Assembly (NCBI GenBank): GCA_041649315.1
Contig: JBAZNJ010000001.1
Coordinates: 5,869 to 69,868, forward strand
Direction: 5' to 3'
From: Patescibacteria group bacterium
GTDB lineage: Bacteria > Patescibacteriota > Patescibacteriia > Patescibacteriales > UBA12465
DNA: 64,000 nucleotides
In this document: in pieces, positions 19,449 through 27,815 of the stretch
How positions within the stretch are numbered: the stretch's first letter is position 1
Layout: each line of letters starts with the position of its first letter
Notes under the pieces: generated by a model
The model's input: only the letters and a program-made list of their open reading frames with translations
What the model was told of the DNA's origin: nothing
Database searches by the model: none
Made by a program: the position numbers and the translations under genes

Positions 19449-19874
19449 CTATTTAAGCTTTCCTGCCCCTGGACCTTTCTTAATCCGGCCAATTTGCGGC
19501 TCTTGATCATAAACCGGGGCTACTAAAGAATAAGCGGATAAGCTATTTTTCGGTCCAATCTTCTTAGGGCCGGCTTCCGCCTCGACCGGAATTTTTAAAG
19601 CATAGCCCAAAGCGTTGGCGGTAATAACGCCAATGCGAAGCGAAGTAAAACTGCCGCCGCGACTGGCAACGACAATTTTCTTTAAAGACGACTTCTTTAT
19701 CTTCGCCGCCTTAAGCAAGGCATCAATCGCCGGCAATAGCCGCTCGGCCTGGCGACGAGGCGCGCGGAATTTTTTTCGAGCGATAATCTTGGCCCGATCG
19801 GTAAAATCAACCTTATCTTTAAATAAAGCGATAATTATTTCATCATAACTGGCGGTGTTGATGTAGAGGGTCAT
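19449..19874 (-). CDS. tsaB: TsaB/YeaZ-like protein (short, N-terminal domain only)
   Basis: 141 aa. IVVASRGGSFTSLRIGVITANALGYALKIPV resembles the TsaB GPGSFTGLRIG segment. The C-terminal half of the canonical protein is absent. Confidence 0.65.
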   Translation of the reverse strand: MTLYINTASYDEIIIALFKDKVDFTDRAKIIARKKFRAPRRQAERLLPAIDALLKAAKIKKSSLKKIVVASRGGSFTSLRIGVITANALGYALKIPVEAEAGPKKIGPKNSLSAYSLVAPVYDQEPQIGRIKKGPGAGKLK

Positions 19875-19909
19875 AGATTATATAAACATATTTAAATAAT
19901 AGCATGGAT

Positions 19910-19950
19910 AAAAAAATCCTGCACACCACCCCCGAAGGGGCAGGCACAGG
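19910..19950 (-). terminator. possible terminator downstream of dus
   Basis: Minus strand: CCTGC-CCC-TTCG-GGGG...GCAGG followed by ATTTTTTT. The stem is imperfect. Confidence 0.35.
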
Positions 19951-20067
19951 AGACTTTATGTTTATATTTTACATTTTAAATAGCCGAATGTCAAAAATAT
20001 GTATTAATTCGACACATATTGGAAACAGAACAAATTATTTATTAAATCATCCACGGAAGGAGCTAAT

Positions 20068-21018
20068 TTAATCCCCCAAAACATTCTTCACTTCCTCTAA
20101 ACTATTAACCTTAACCAACTTTTCCCTTAAGCGGGCGGCGCCAGGCAGACCTTTCGCGTACCAGGCTAGATGTTTTCTTAGTTCCAGAATACCGGACTGG
20201 CCTTTCTGCTTCTCAACTGCAGCCGCCTGGCCAAGCATAATCTTAAAAATTTCCCGCGGCTTAAGCTTAATTTCCTTATTCTCCTTTATTTCTTTAAACA
20301 GCCAGGGGCGGCCTAAAACGCCGCGCGCTAAACCAAGACCGTCGGCGCCGCTTTCTTTCAGTGCCACTCTTGCCTCGGTTAAATTATTAATTCCGCCATT
20401 CGCCAATATTACTCCTTTAAAATATTGCCGCGCTTTCTTAACAATCTTAAAATCCGGTGCACCAACAAAACCCTGGGCTAAAGTCCGGCCATGGATCATT
20501 AAAGCCGCGACCGGCAAATCAGAAATATTTTTTAAAAATTCCAAAGCGTCAATGCTTCCGGCCTTAGTCCGAATTTTTATTGACACCGGCAAGTCAGTAT
20601 TAGCTAAAACCGCCTCAACAACCGCCCGAGAATTTTTCAAATCTTTCATTAAAGCGGCGCCGGCACCTTGGCGGCAAACCTTCGGCACCGGACAACCGAA
20701 ATTAATATCAATTCCGTCCGGCTTTATTTTTTCCGCTATAATCCGAGTTGCCGCCGCAAAATGTTCCGGATCAGATCCGAAAAGCTGGACAACATAATAT
20801 TTTTCTTTCCGGCGTTCAAATCTTAAAAGCTCCAGAGTCGCGTTATCGCGCGTACTATAATATAAAGCCGTGGCCGAAGCCATCTCGCTATACAAAACAT
20901 CCGCCCCATATTTCTTGCAAAGCTGGCGGAAAACAGAATCAGTAAAACCGGCCATGGGCGCGAGCGCCAAAATTGGCTGCGAACGCCGATTTAATTTTTT
21001 CCAAAAATCAACCGGCAT
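20068..21018 (-). CDS. dusB: tRNA-dihydrouridine synthase
   Basis: LAPMAGFTDSVFRQLCKKYGADVLYSEM and DINFGCP are Dus family signatures. Confidence 0.9.
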   Translation of the reverse strand: MPVDFWKKLNRRSQPILALAPMAGFTDSVFRQLCKKYGADVLYSEMASATALYYSTRDNATLELLRFERRKEKYYVVQLFGSDPEHFAAATRIIAEKIKPDGIDINFGCPVPKVCRQGAGAALMKDLKNSRAVVEAVLANTDLPVSIKIRTKAGSIDALEFLKNISDLPVAALMIHGRTLAQGFVGAPDFKIVKKARQYFKGVILANGGINNLTEARVALKESGADGLGLARGVLGRPWLFKEIKENKEIKLKPREIFKIMLGQAAAVEKQKGQSGILELRKHLAWYAKGLPGAARLREKLVKVNSLEEVKNVLGD

Positions 21019-21020
21019 GA

Positions 21021-21131
21021 TTATTTTTTATTTTTAGTCTTCCTTAATTCTTTAGCCGCCGGAGTAACAAAAATAAAACCAAGACCGGCCATAACTAAGC
21101 AAAAAAGATAAAAAATGATTAAACCATCCAT
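21021..21131 (-). CDS. possible 36-aa hydrophobic peptide
   Basis: The ATG at 21131 comes 1 nt after the stop of the 21133..21327 ORF. Sequence: MDGLIIFYLFCLVMAGLGFIFVTPAAKELRKTKNKK. The longer ORF-track version begins at a TTG and overlaps the upstream ORF. Confidence 0.3.
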   Translation of the reverse strand: MDGLIIFYLFCLVMAGLGFIFVTPAAKELRKTKNKK

Positions 21132-21132
21132 A

Positions 21133-21327
21133 TTATTTTCTAAGATTAATACTAAAAATAAACACTGCCAATGAGCTAGTAAACCCAAACAAAAACCGCA
21201 CAAGATTAAAATTACCAAAAAAATTAGGAAAAACCAAGGAAACTAAACAGACTATTCCTATATCAGACGAGATGTCCGATATCTTTATGATCTGATATCG
21301 GGAAAAATTCGGTTTTGCTATTTTCAT
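21133..21327 (-). CDS. possible small membrane protein (64 aa)
   Basis: ATG start with a hydrophobic core IGIVCLVSLVFPNFFGNFNLVRFLFGFTSSLAVFIFSI. It is tightly packed upstream of dus. Confidence 0.4.
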   Translation of the reverse strand: MKIAKPNFSRYQIIKISDISSDIGIVCLVSLVFPNFFGNFNLVRFLFGFTSSLAVFIFSINLRK

Positions 21328-21413
21328 ATAGATTAATAATTACCAAATAATTATAGCTCAAGCTATATGAAAATAAATTAAACTTTTTCTAAAGACTTTC
21401 TAAAAGAACAAAC

Positions 21414-22823
21414 TTAAGCGGTTTTCTTTATCTTCTGCCCGTCTTTAGTATCCTCAACCGTAAAACCAAGTTTTTCAAGCTCATCCCTTAAACTATCGGC
21501 CTTAGCCCAATCTTTAGCGATGCGAGCGACCTGTCTTTCCGTTATTAATTTTCGAGCCGATCCCGACAAATCATTTGATTCTACCTCTTGATTCATCTCT
21601 TCCTCGGCTTTATCTAAATTTAATCCTAAAACTTTATCAAAATCTAAAATTGTCGCTAATTTATCAGCCGGAACTAAATCGGATTTCAAGACCGCGGCCG
21701 CGACCGCCAAGGCCTGCGGCATATTCAAATCATCATTAATCGCGGCTAAAAACTTCTCCTGAAATCCGGAGTCAATTTTTCCGCATTTATCTCCTAAAGC
21801 CGCTACTTGTTTTTTTAGACTCTCCAGGCCCTGAACCGCCTGAGCCAGGCCAGCCTCCGAATATTCCATCGGTTTACGGTAATGGACCTGGAGGGCGGCA
21901 AAGCGATAGGCGAGCGGGTCAATCCCTTTCTTAATCAAAGCTTTTTCCAAAGTCAAAAAATTCTCCGCGCTTTTTGCCATTTTCTTCCCGCCTTTAATGT
22001 TTAGAAAAGCTCCATGTAACCAGTAATTAAAAAACTTCTTCCCGGTCGCGGCCTCACTCTGAGCGATTTCATTAGTATGATGAATATTAATATGATCAAT
22101 CCCGCCGCAATGAATATCTAACTGGTCTTTTAACTCGGCCAAACTCATGGCCGAACATTCAATATGCCAACCCGGAAAACCAAGGCCCCAAGGCGACTCC
22201 CATTCCATCTGCCGCTTCTCGCCGGCCGGCGAAAATTTCCATAAGGCAAAATCAGTCAAATTCTTTTTCTCCGGATTTTTTTCTACCCGCGCGCCTTCCT
22301 TTAATTCTTCCAAAGGCAAATGGCTTAATTTATTATAATCTTTTACCTTAGCGGTATTAAAATAAATTCCGTCGGAGGTTTTATAAGTATAGCCCTTCTC
22401 TTCCAAGGTCTTAATCATCGCGATCTGCTCGCTAATATTATCGGTCGCCTTGCACCAAACATCCGGCTCTAAAATATTTAAAGCGGCTAAATCTTTTTTA
22501 AAAGCAACAGTATAAAATTCCGCGATTTCCCAAGCGCTCTTCCCTTCACGCGCCGCGCCGGATTCTATCTTATCCTCGCCCATATCCATATCTCCAGTCA
22601 GATGTCCGACATCGGTAACGTTCATGACTTGTTTTACTTTATAACCGTTATAAATTAAAACGCGCCGCAAAAAATCCTCAAACAGATAAGTTCGCAAATT
22701 ACCGATATGGGCATAATTATAAACCGTCGGGCCACAGGTATATAAACCGACTTCGCCTTTTTTGATCGGGATGAATTCTTCTTTTTTCCGGCTAAGCGTG
22801 TTGTATAAAAATAATTTTGGCAT
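21414..22823 (-). CDS. cysS: cysteine--tRNA ligase
   Basis: [17 protein letters not shown] (HIGH region) and KMAKSAENF (KMSKS). Confidence 0.95.
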   Translation of the reverse strand: MPKLFLYNTLSRKKEEFIPIKKGEVGLYTCGPTVYNYAHIGNLRTYLFEDFLRRVLIYNGYKVKQVMNVTDVGHLTGDMDMGEDKIESGAAREGKSAWEIAEFYTVAFKKDLAALNILEPDVWCKATDNISEQIAMIKTLEEKGYTYKTSDGIYFNTAKVKDYNKLSHLPLEELKEGARVEKNPEKKNLTDFALWKFSPAGEKRQMEWESPWGLGFPGWHIECSAMSLAELKDQLDIHCGGIDHINIHHTNEIAQSEAATGKKFFNYWLHGAFLNIKGGKKMAKSAENFLTLEKALIKKGIDPLAYRFAALQVHYRKPMEYSEAGLAQAVQGLESLKKQVAALGDKCGKIDSGFQEKFLAAINDDLNMPQALAVAAAVLKSDLVPADKLATILDFDKVLGLNLDKAEEEMNQEVESNDLSGSARKLITERQVARIAKDWAKADSLRDELEKLGFTVEDTKDGQKIKKTA

Positions 22824-22835
22824 GATTTTATTAAT

Positions 22836-23723
22836 TTAAGCGGCGGCCTTGGGGCCGGAACCGGCCTGCTTATCAGTCAGACCGACAGTCCGATTAAGAG
22901 AATCCTTAATCTTCTCCAAGGAATCTTTAAACTTATCTAAATTCGCTTTCAACTCCGCCGGCAAATCCGGACGGACAGCAAAAATTTCAAACTGCTTATC
23001 TAGCGAAGCAATCAAGCTATTGAAAATCTTATTCTCGGCCTGGCCAGCTGCTTCTCCGGCCGCTAAGGCTTCTAAAGCATTATTTAAATCCTCCTTAGTC
23101 AGCGCTAAATAAAAAGCCGGAATATTCTTTAACGAACACCGCTCCAGGCGCCCCTCTTTAATCGTCGCTCCGTATTTCAAGCGCGCACCGCCGTTTAACA
23201 TCTTTTCCTCGATCTTCTTTTCTTTTTTTGGTGAAGCGCCGTCAGACATATGTGTTATCACTTCATCAAAACCACAGACGACCGCACCGGTTTTTTTATC
23301 AATAATAACCTGATCAACGCCATTATTATAATCATCATAAGCCGAAGCGCGAGCGACAATAAAATCATCTTTAAGAAATTTATCTAAAATCAAAGTTAAG
23401 GCCATTTCTGTTAAACTGGCCGGATTGGATTCTTTGCTCCTCCGCCAGTCCGCCAGATTTTTCCCGGCGCCGGCGGCAAAGGCCGCTTCCTGCTGTCCGA
23501 CTAAATCACTATCTCCAGACGCGCTTTGCCCGAACATGGTCATCTGGCCATTCGTATCTAACAAACCGGAAAATTCTTGATTAACTTCCTCGGCTAAACC
23601 GGCTAATTGCTCTTTTAATTTATTTAAAAACGCTTCCGGCCGGAAATTTCTTTCCGACTTCTTAAAACGGCTTAAATCTATTTTATCACCCGGCTTGATG
23701 CCGGATAAATATTCAATACCCAT
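22836..23723 (-). CDS. hypothetical protein
   Basis: 295-aa ORF with an ATG start, tightly packed after cysS. No recognisable motif. Confidence 0.65.
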   Translation of the reverse strand: MGIEYLSGIKPGDKIDLSRFKKSERNFRPEAFLNKLKEQLAGLAEEVNQEFSGLLDTNGQMTMFGQSASGDSDLVGQQEAAFAAGAGKNLADWRRSKESNPASLTEMALTLILDKFLKDDFIVARASAYDDYNNGVDQVIIDKKTGAVVCGFDEVITHMSDGASPKKEKKIEEKMLNGGARLKYGATIKEGRLERCSLKNIPAFYLALTKEDLNNALEALAAGEAAGQAENKIFNSLIASLDKQFEIFAVRPDLPAELKANLDKFKDSLEKIKDSLNRTVGLTDKQAGSGPKAAA

Positions 23724-23798
23724 ATTTATAAATGATTATAAAACATATTTCTGATTTCCGATTTTTACCGAAACACAATCTTCTTTTTAAAAGCGCCC

Positions 23799-24536
23799 TT
23801 ATCTAAACCGCACCGGCAATTTTAGGAAAGCGTCGTTTTCTGGCAGGCCGGAAGGATTATCTTTAGCGACGATTAAATAACCGGAATTAACTTTCGGTGT
23901 TTCAAAAATTAATATACCCCGGAACGGAATCATTTCTTCCGTCATCCAATCGACCGCGGTAGACGCGCCAACGCGGGCGATAACCAAGCCGTTTTCATCA
24001 ACTAGCCATAAAGGTAGATTAGCTTCAAAAAACCAAGTACCTTTAGCCGTACCCTCAACTGCTAAAGGCGAACTCACTAAAGCCCCAGCTAAAGGAACGG
24101 ACAGTGTCGCTTCTGTTTCCGCGCTAATATCCGGAATAGCTTCCAAGGGCGAACAAAGCTCTTCCCAGATTCTTAAACATTTTCCTTTTGCTTCACACCA
24201 GGAATAACCGGCCGAACCGATACAGCCATGCTCATCACGATCACCGCCTAAAATCGGCTGACCAATTATATTAGGCGCGCCAATCTCTGATTCTTCCGCC
24301 CCTCCGGCCAGATTTTCTAATTCGTCAACCGATCCATCTTCGATTTCATCCATAATTTCCAATTCGCCAAACTCGGATACACAAGGTTCGGACGGCATCG
24401 GATCAGAGGGCTGGCCATGCTTAACCCATTCTCCGCCGGAGCAGACCCAATCATCTTCTTTATCAGTTATTCTTAAAACCAGGGCGGCCGCTAAAATTAT
24501 CAGGCAAATGATAAATAAAAAATTTTTCTTGCTCAT
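23799..24536 (-). CDS. secreted/anchored protein with Cys-rich module and C-terminal Gmad2-type Ig-like domain
   Basis: N-terminal signal/TM (FLFIICLIILAAALVL). Cys motif GCIGSAGYSWCEAKGKCLRIWEELC. C-terminus VEGTAKGTWFFEANLPLWLVDENGLVIA...IPFRGILIF resembles Gmad2. Confidence 0.7.
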   Translation of the reverse strand: MSKKNFLFIICLIILAAALVLRITDKEDDWVCSGGEWVKHGQPSDPMPSEPCVSEFGELEIMDEIEDGSVDELENLAGGAEESEIGAPNIIGQPILGGDRDEHGCIGSAGYSWCEAKGKCLRIWEELCSPLEAIPDISAETEATLSVPLAGALVSSPLAVEGTAKGTWFFEANLPLWLVDENGLVIARVGASTAVDWMTEEMIPFRGILIFETPKVNSGYLIVAKDNPSGLPENDAFLKLPVRFR

Positions 24537-24609
24537 ATAAATGATTTAAAAATTAACCTCGAATTATCTTATAAACCAAACTGTCTTATATAAAGCCCAA
24601 TTTAAAAAA

Positions 24610-24792
24610 TCACATCTCATTTTCTAATTCCTTAAACTTTTTCTTGTACCGCGGCGGCTTTAATTTCCGGCTCACCTGCGGCCCGCCGGCCGATGGTAAG
24701 CTTTTTTTCTTTTCCCAGGCCGTGCGGCTCAAACCCCGGACAATCGCCCGGTTCAAATCAACTTTTTTTATTTTTATCACCTGCTTGGCCAT
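24610..24792 (-). CDS. small basic hypothetical protein (60 aa)
   Basis: ATG start 10 nt downstream of tRNA-Val. Lys/Arg-rich: MAKQVIKIKKVDLNRAIVRGLSRTAWEKKK... Confidence 0.4.
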   Translation of the reverse strand: MAKQVIKIKKVDLNRAIVRGLSRTAWEKKKSLPSAGGPQVSRKLKPPRYKKKFKELENEM

Positions 24793-24801
24793 AAATAAAA
24801 G

Positions 24802-24875
24802 TGGTCGTTAGTGGATTCGAACCACTGACCTCCGCGATGTGAACGCGGCGCTCTAACCAGCTGAGCCAAACGACC
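24802..24875 (-). tRNA. tRNA-Val (anticodon CAC)
   Basis: Manually folded 74-nt cloverleaf: acceptor GGTCGTT/AACGACC, D arm GCTC..GAGC, anticodon stem CCGCG/CGCGG with loop TTCACAT, T arm AGTGG-TTCGAAT-CCACT, discriminator A. No CCA is encoded. Confidence 0.9.
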
Positions 24876-25022
24876 TTTCTGCCGTTCTATAATCTTTCTA
24901 CCGCGAAAGAACGGCAAAAAAATTTAAAAATATAAAGAAAACCTTTGGCTGAAATCACCTCCGACTTATAACTGAAACCACTTCCAACTAAACTCAGAGG
25001 GTACTTTCAAATTAAAATCGAA

Positions 25023-25250
25023 TCAAACCCGACGATAGTCCTCTTTAACGATTTTAATTAAGTTTTCCGTAATCTTGATGTGTCGGGCTTCATCGCTGAT
25101 GATTTTCTTTAAATCTTCTTTATCTTCTTCATTATCAACGAGGGTTAAAAGCTCCGAACATAAATCCATGGCTTTCTGTTCATTTTCCAAGCCCTTGGCT
25201 AAATTGCTCAGGATTCCCTCCTGACTCATGTTACATTCTGAATTGATCAT
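25023..25250 (-). CDS. half-ferritin-like two-helix protein, partner B
   Basis: The ORF-track start (25286) is a TTG that overlaps the upstream gene. The ATG at 25250 lies 4 nt after the upstream stop, and 25229 is an alternative ATG. It contains GLENEQKAMDLCSELL and IISDEARHIKI (E...ExxH). Confidence 0.5.
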   Translation of the reverse strand: MINSECNMSQEGILSNLAKGLENEQKAMDLCSELLTLVDNEEDKEDLKKIISDEARHIKITENLIKIVKEDYRRV

Positions 25251-25254
25251 ATGG

Positions 25255-25482
25255 TTAATTTTGATAATTCGCTTTAATCTTATCAATCATCAAGCGATGT
25301 TCCCGCGATTCGTCGGCTAAGATTTTCATACCGACCCGGATTTCTTGGCCGCGATCCGGCGGGAAACAGTTTTCCACCCCCATATCAAGCAAGGTGTCGT
25401 AAATCCAGATTAAACTGCTTTCTGTCTCCTCTTCCGCCTCTAAGTCGGCTAAGAGTTTGGCGCGATTTTTTTCTTGTTCCAT
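25255..25482 (-). CDS. half-ferritin-like two-helix protein, partner A
   Basis: 75 aa with an ATG start. It contains LEAEEETESSLIWIYDTLL and ILADESREHRLMI, a Glu-rich helix followed by an E/H cluster. Confidence 0.5.
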   Translation of the reverse strand: MEQEKNRAKLLADLEAEEETESSLIWIYDTLLDMGVENCFPPDRGQEIRVGMKILADESREHRLMIDKIKANYQN

Positions 25483-25542
25483 ATTTTTATTATTTATAAA
25501 CTAACTCTACCAATTATACTCATATTATAGCAAGAAAAAACC

Positions 25543-25570
25543 AAAATAAAAACCTCGCCGGAAGGCGAGG
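25543..25570 (-). terminator. rho-independent terminator after tRNA-Leu
   Basis: Minus strand: CCTCGCC-TTCC-GGCGAGG then TTTTTATTTT. It starts 6 nt after the tRNA 3' end. Confidence 0.7.
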
Positions 25571-25575
25571 AATAG

Positions 25576-25659
25576 TGCCCGGAGGGGGACTTGAACCCCC
25601 ATGGGATTGCTCCCGCAGCGTTCTGAACACTGTGTGTCTACCAATTTCACCATCCGGGC
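25576..25659 (-). tRNA. tRNA-Leu (anticodon CAG), type II with long variable arm
   Basis: Manually folded, 84 nt: acceptor GCCCGGA/TCCGGGC, anticodon stem CAGTG/CGCTG with loop TTCAGAA, variable arm CGGGAGCAATCCCATG, T arm GGGGG-TTCAAGT-CCCCC. No CCA is encoded. Confidence 0.9.
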
Positions 25660-25720
25660 GGAAAAATCAAGCTTAACTAGCTATAGCTTGCCATAAAACT
25701 TTAACCTTGTAAACCCGGAT

Positions 25721-25749
25721 TTGACATAATTTTTTTCGTGTTTTAGTAT
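25721..25749 (+). promoter_or_regulatory. sigma-70-type promoter for 25791..26099
   Basis: TTGACA (25721..25726), 17 nt, then TAGTAT (25744..25749). Confidence 0.45.
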
Positions 25750-25790
25750 AGAAATTGATAGGTTCTTTTGTTTAATTTAATATTTTTAGC

Positions 25791-26099
25791 ATGAGTGAAA
25801 AAATTATTATCGGTTTTCATCAACCGAAGAGAGGCGTCGGTCAGACCGTGGATATTGATCTGGAAGAAATTAAAGTGAATGGTGGAGGAATCCTAAATTC
25901 ACAATTAAAGGTTAGCCCGAGAAAAGAGGGATGCGGGTCATATTTTGCGAGTTACTGTGAGATAAAATTTAATCCGAGAGATCGGAAAAGAGTAAAAAAA
26001 GTTATCTCCAATCTAATTAGTGGCAAAAAACCCGGCGCTAATCATGCTGAAAAAAATAAGTTACCAAAGCCCTTTATGCAAAGGGCAGCGGTAAATTAG
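25791..26099 (+). CDS. hypothetical protein (102 aa)
   Basis: ATG start, with its own promoter-like element and a terminator. No motif recognised. Confidence 0.55.
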   Translation: MSEKIIIGFHQPKRGVGQTVDIDLEEIKVNGGGILNSQLKVSPRKEGCGSYFASYCEIKFNPRDRKRVKKVISNLISGKKPGANHAEKNKLPKPFMQRAAVN

Positions 26100-26113
26100 C
26101 ATTCATGTTAAAG

Positions 26114-26143
26114 CCGGCTCAGACCTAAGAGCCGGTTTTTTTT
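26114..26143 (+). terminator. rho-independent terminator
   Basis: ccggctc-agacctaa-gagccgg followed by T8. Confidence 0.7.
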
Positions 26144-26168
26144 ATTCCGCGCCTTTTAGCTCGGTCTA

Positions 26169-26177
26169 TGATATAAT
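26169..26177 (+). promoter_or_regulatory. extended -10 promoter element upstream of rnhB
   Basis: TGATATAAT (TGnTATAAT), about 90 nt upstream of the rnhB ATG. No clear -35. Confidence 0.35.
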
Positions 26178-26268
26178 AGAAGAACAATCATCCCTAGACG
26201 GGGTTTAAGCGTCTAATCTGATTAATCAGCCAAACAAAGAATCAACCGGTCTAAAAATAATTTTCCCT

Positions 26269-26907
26269 ATGCTCGACCTAAAAACCGAAAAAGAATATTT
26301 TGCCCGCGGTTATAAATTCATTGCCGGCGTGGACGAAGCCGGGCGCGGGCCTTTAGCCGGTCCGGTCGTGGCCGCGGCCGTGGTTATTGGGGCGGATTTT
26401 GAAATCGGCGACGATGACTTAACTTTAGTCGCGGATTCTAAAAAACTAAGTGCTAAACGGCGGGAAGAATTATTTGGAATTATAAAATCCCGGGTTTTGG
26501 CGGTTGAGATCGGCTTGGCCGATAATCAAACGATTGATAAAATTAATATTCTCCAGGCGAGCTTTCTGGCCATGCGCCGAGCACTACGCAAATTACCGGT
26601 CGCGCCGGATTATATTTTAACCGACGGAAAATTTATGATTCCAAAACTGGATAAGCCGCAAAGTGCGATTATCAGCGGCGACGCCAAGGTTTGGGCGATC
26701 GCAGCCGCTTCAATTATTGCGAAAGTGAGCCGCGACTGGCTGATGTCGGAACTGGATAAAAAATATCCGGCCTATGAATTCGCGCGACATAAAGGTTATG
26801 GAACAAAACTGCATCTGGAAAAAATCGCGGAGCATGGCCCCTGCCCAATCCATCGCTATAGTTTTGCGCCGATTAAGGGGATGGCGGAAAGGGATCCGAA
26901 CGGTTAA
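26269..26907 (+). CDS. rnhB: ribonuclease HII
   Basis: AGVDEAGRGPLAGPVVAAAVV and DSKKLS are RNase HII catalytic motifs. Confidence 0.92.
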   Translation: MLDLKTEKEYFARGYKFIAGVDEAGRGPLAGPVVAAAVVIGADFEIGDDDLTLVADSKKLSAKRREELFGIIKSRVLAVEIGLADNQTIDKINILQASFLAMRRALRKLPVAPDYILTDGKFMIPKLDKPQSAIISGDAKVWAIAAASIIAKVSRDWLMSELDKKYPAYEFARHKGYGTKLHLEKIAEHGPCPIHRYSFAPIKGMAERDPNG

Positions 26908-26930
26908 AACCTAAGGAGCCCTTTTATTTT
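26887..26930 (+). repeat. direct repeat copy 1 (rnhB 3' end + terminator-like hairpin)
   Basis: gaaagggatccgaacggttaaaacctaaggagcccttttatttt. Compare copy 2 at 27041..27087. Confidence 0.65.
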
Positions 26931-27040
26931 TGGCACAATTCACCCGGTCCCAAAAAAATCCGAGATGCCACCCCTTAATCAAAATAATATTTTAAACTCT
27001 TGACCATTTTTTAAAATCTGTTAATATATAAGTATTACGA

Positions 27041-27087
27041 CGAAAGGGGATCCGAACGGTTAACTACCTAAGGTACCCTTTTTTTGT
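27041..27087 (+). repeat. direct repeat copy 2 (overlaps the 3' end of the NYN gene on the opposite strand)
   Basis: gaaaggggatccgaacggttaactacctaaggtaccctttttttgtatttt. By eye it is roughly 85-90 percent identical to copy 1, and it keeps the ...DPNG* reading frame. Confidence 0.65.
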
Positions 27088-27593
27088 ATTTTATTTCTAA
27101 CGTCTATATCATCTAAATAGGCGAAAAATCTATTTAATAAACTCTTATAAAGAGACGAGCTTTTGCTTCTATCGGGAAACAATATCTTTCCAAACCTATT
27201 TTCTTCAATCAAAAAATCAACCAATAATTTATAATCCCCATCTCCGGAAACTAGAATAATTTTGTCAAAATCTTCCCTTTTATACATCTTTTTCATTATT
27301 TGAAAGATAATATCTGAATCGACATTTCCCTTTTTCTTTCCAATCATCGCCGGGCTATGTTCGCGAAAGACTAAAATAAAGCCGGCGCCCTGAATTTCCT
27401 CATACAACTTTTGATTGGTTTCTTGAACATAACCTAAAAAATAATAAGCCTGATTAACATTATATTTCCTCTCTAAGTACACGTAAAAACGAGCCAAATC
27501 TATTTTCCAGGGGTCGACAATTTTTCTGGTCGTACCCATATATAAATTTTGCCCGTCTATAAAAGCCAAATTTTTTATTAGATTATTATCCAT
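27060..27593 (-). CDS. NYN/LabA-like domain protein (predicted RNase fold)
   Basis: AFIDGQNLYMG near the N-terminus and ILVSGDGDYKLLVDFL are NYN (LabA/DUF88) acidic motifs. Confidence 0.8.
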   Translation of the reverse strand: MDNNLIKNLAFIDGQNLYMGTTRKIVDPWKIDLARFYVYLERKYNVNQAYYFLGYVQETNQKLYEEIQGAGFILVFREHSPAMIGKKKGNVDSDIIFQIMKKMYKREDFDKIILVSGDGDYKLLVDFLIEENRFGKILFPDRSKSSSLYKSLLNRFFAYLDDIDVRNKIQKKGTLGS

Positions 27594-27815
27594 TATAAAA
27601 TAATTATTAATTATCCATTAAAACTATCACCTAATTATAACAGATTGCCAACACTATTTCAATGCTAATATTAGATAAAATATTTATAAATTAAAGATAA
27701 ATTAAAGATAAAAACTTTTTAGCGACGGTCAGCGGGAAACTCATTTAAAAACTCACTATAACATTTGAAAATGCCTCAAAATAAAAAGCCCGCGGTTTCC
27801 TGTCCCCATACCAAA

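Noticed and set aside
21133-21223. Programmed or phase-variable frameshift at the A7/T7 run joining the 21327 and 21218 frames
   Set aside because: A simpler reading exists: the first ORF ends in TAA and an ATG follows 1 nt later. The second frame's long version depends on a TTG start. It is kept only as an alternative under the micro-ORF finding.
24802-25659. Genomic island integrated at a tRNA (two tRNAs flanking the ferritin-like pair)
   Set aside because: There is no integrase, no tRNA 3'-end direct repeat that I could find, and only about 700 bp between the tRNAs. This is insufficient evidence for an integrative element.
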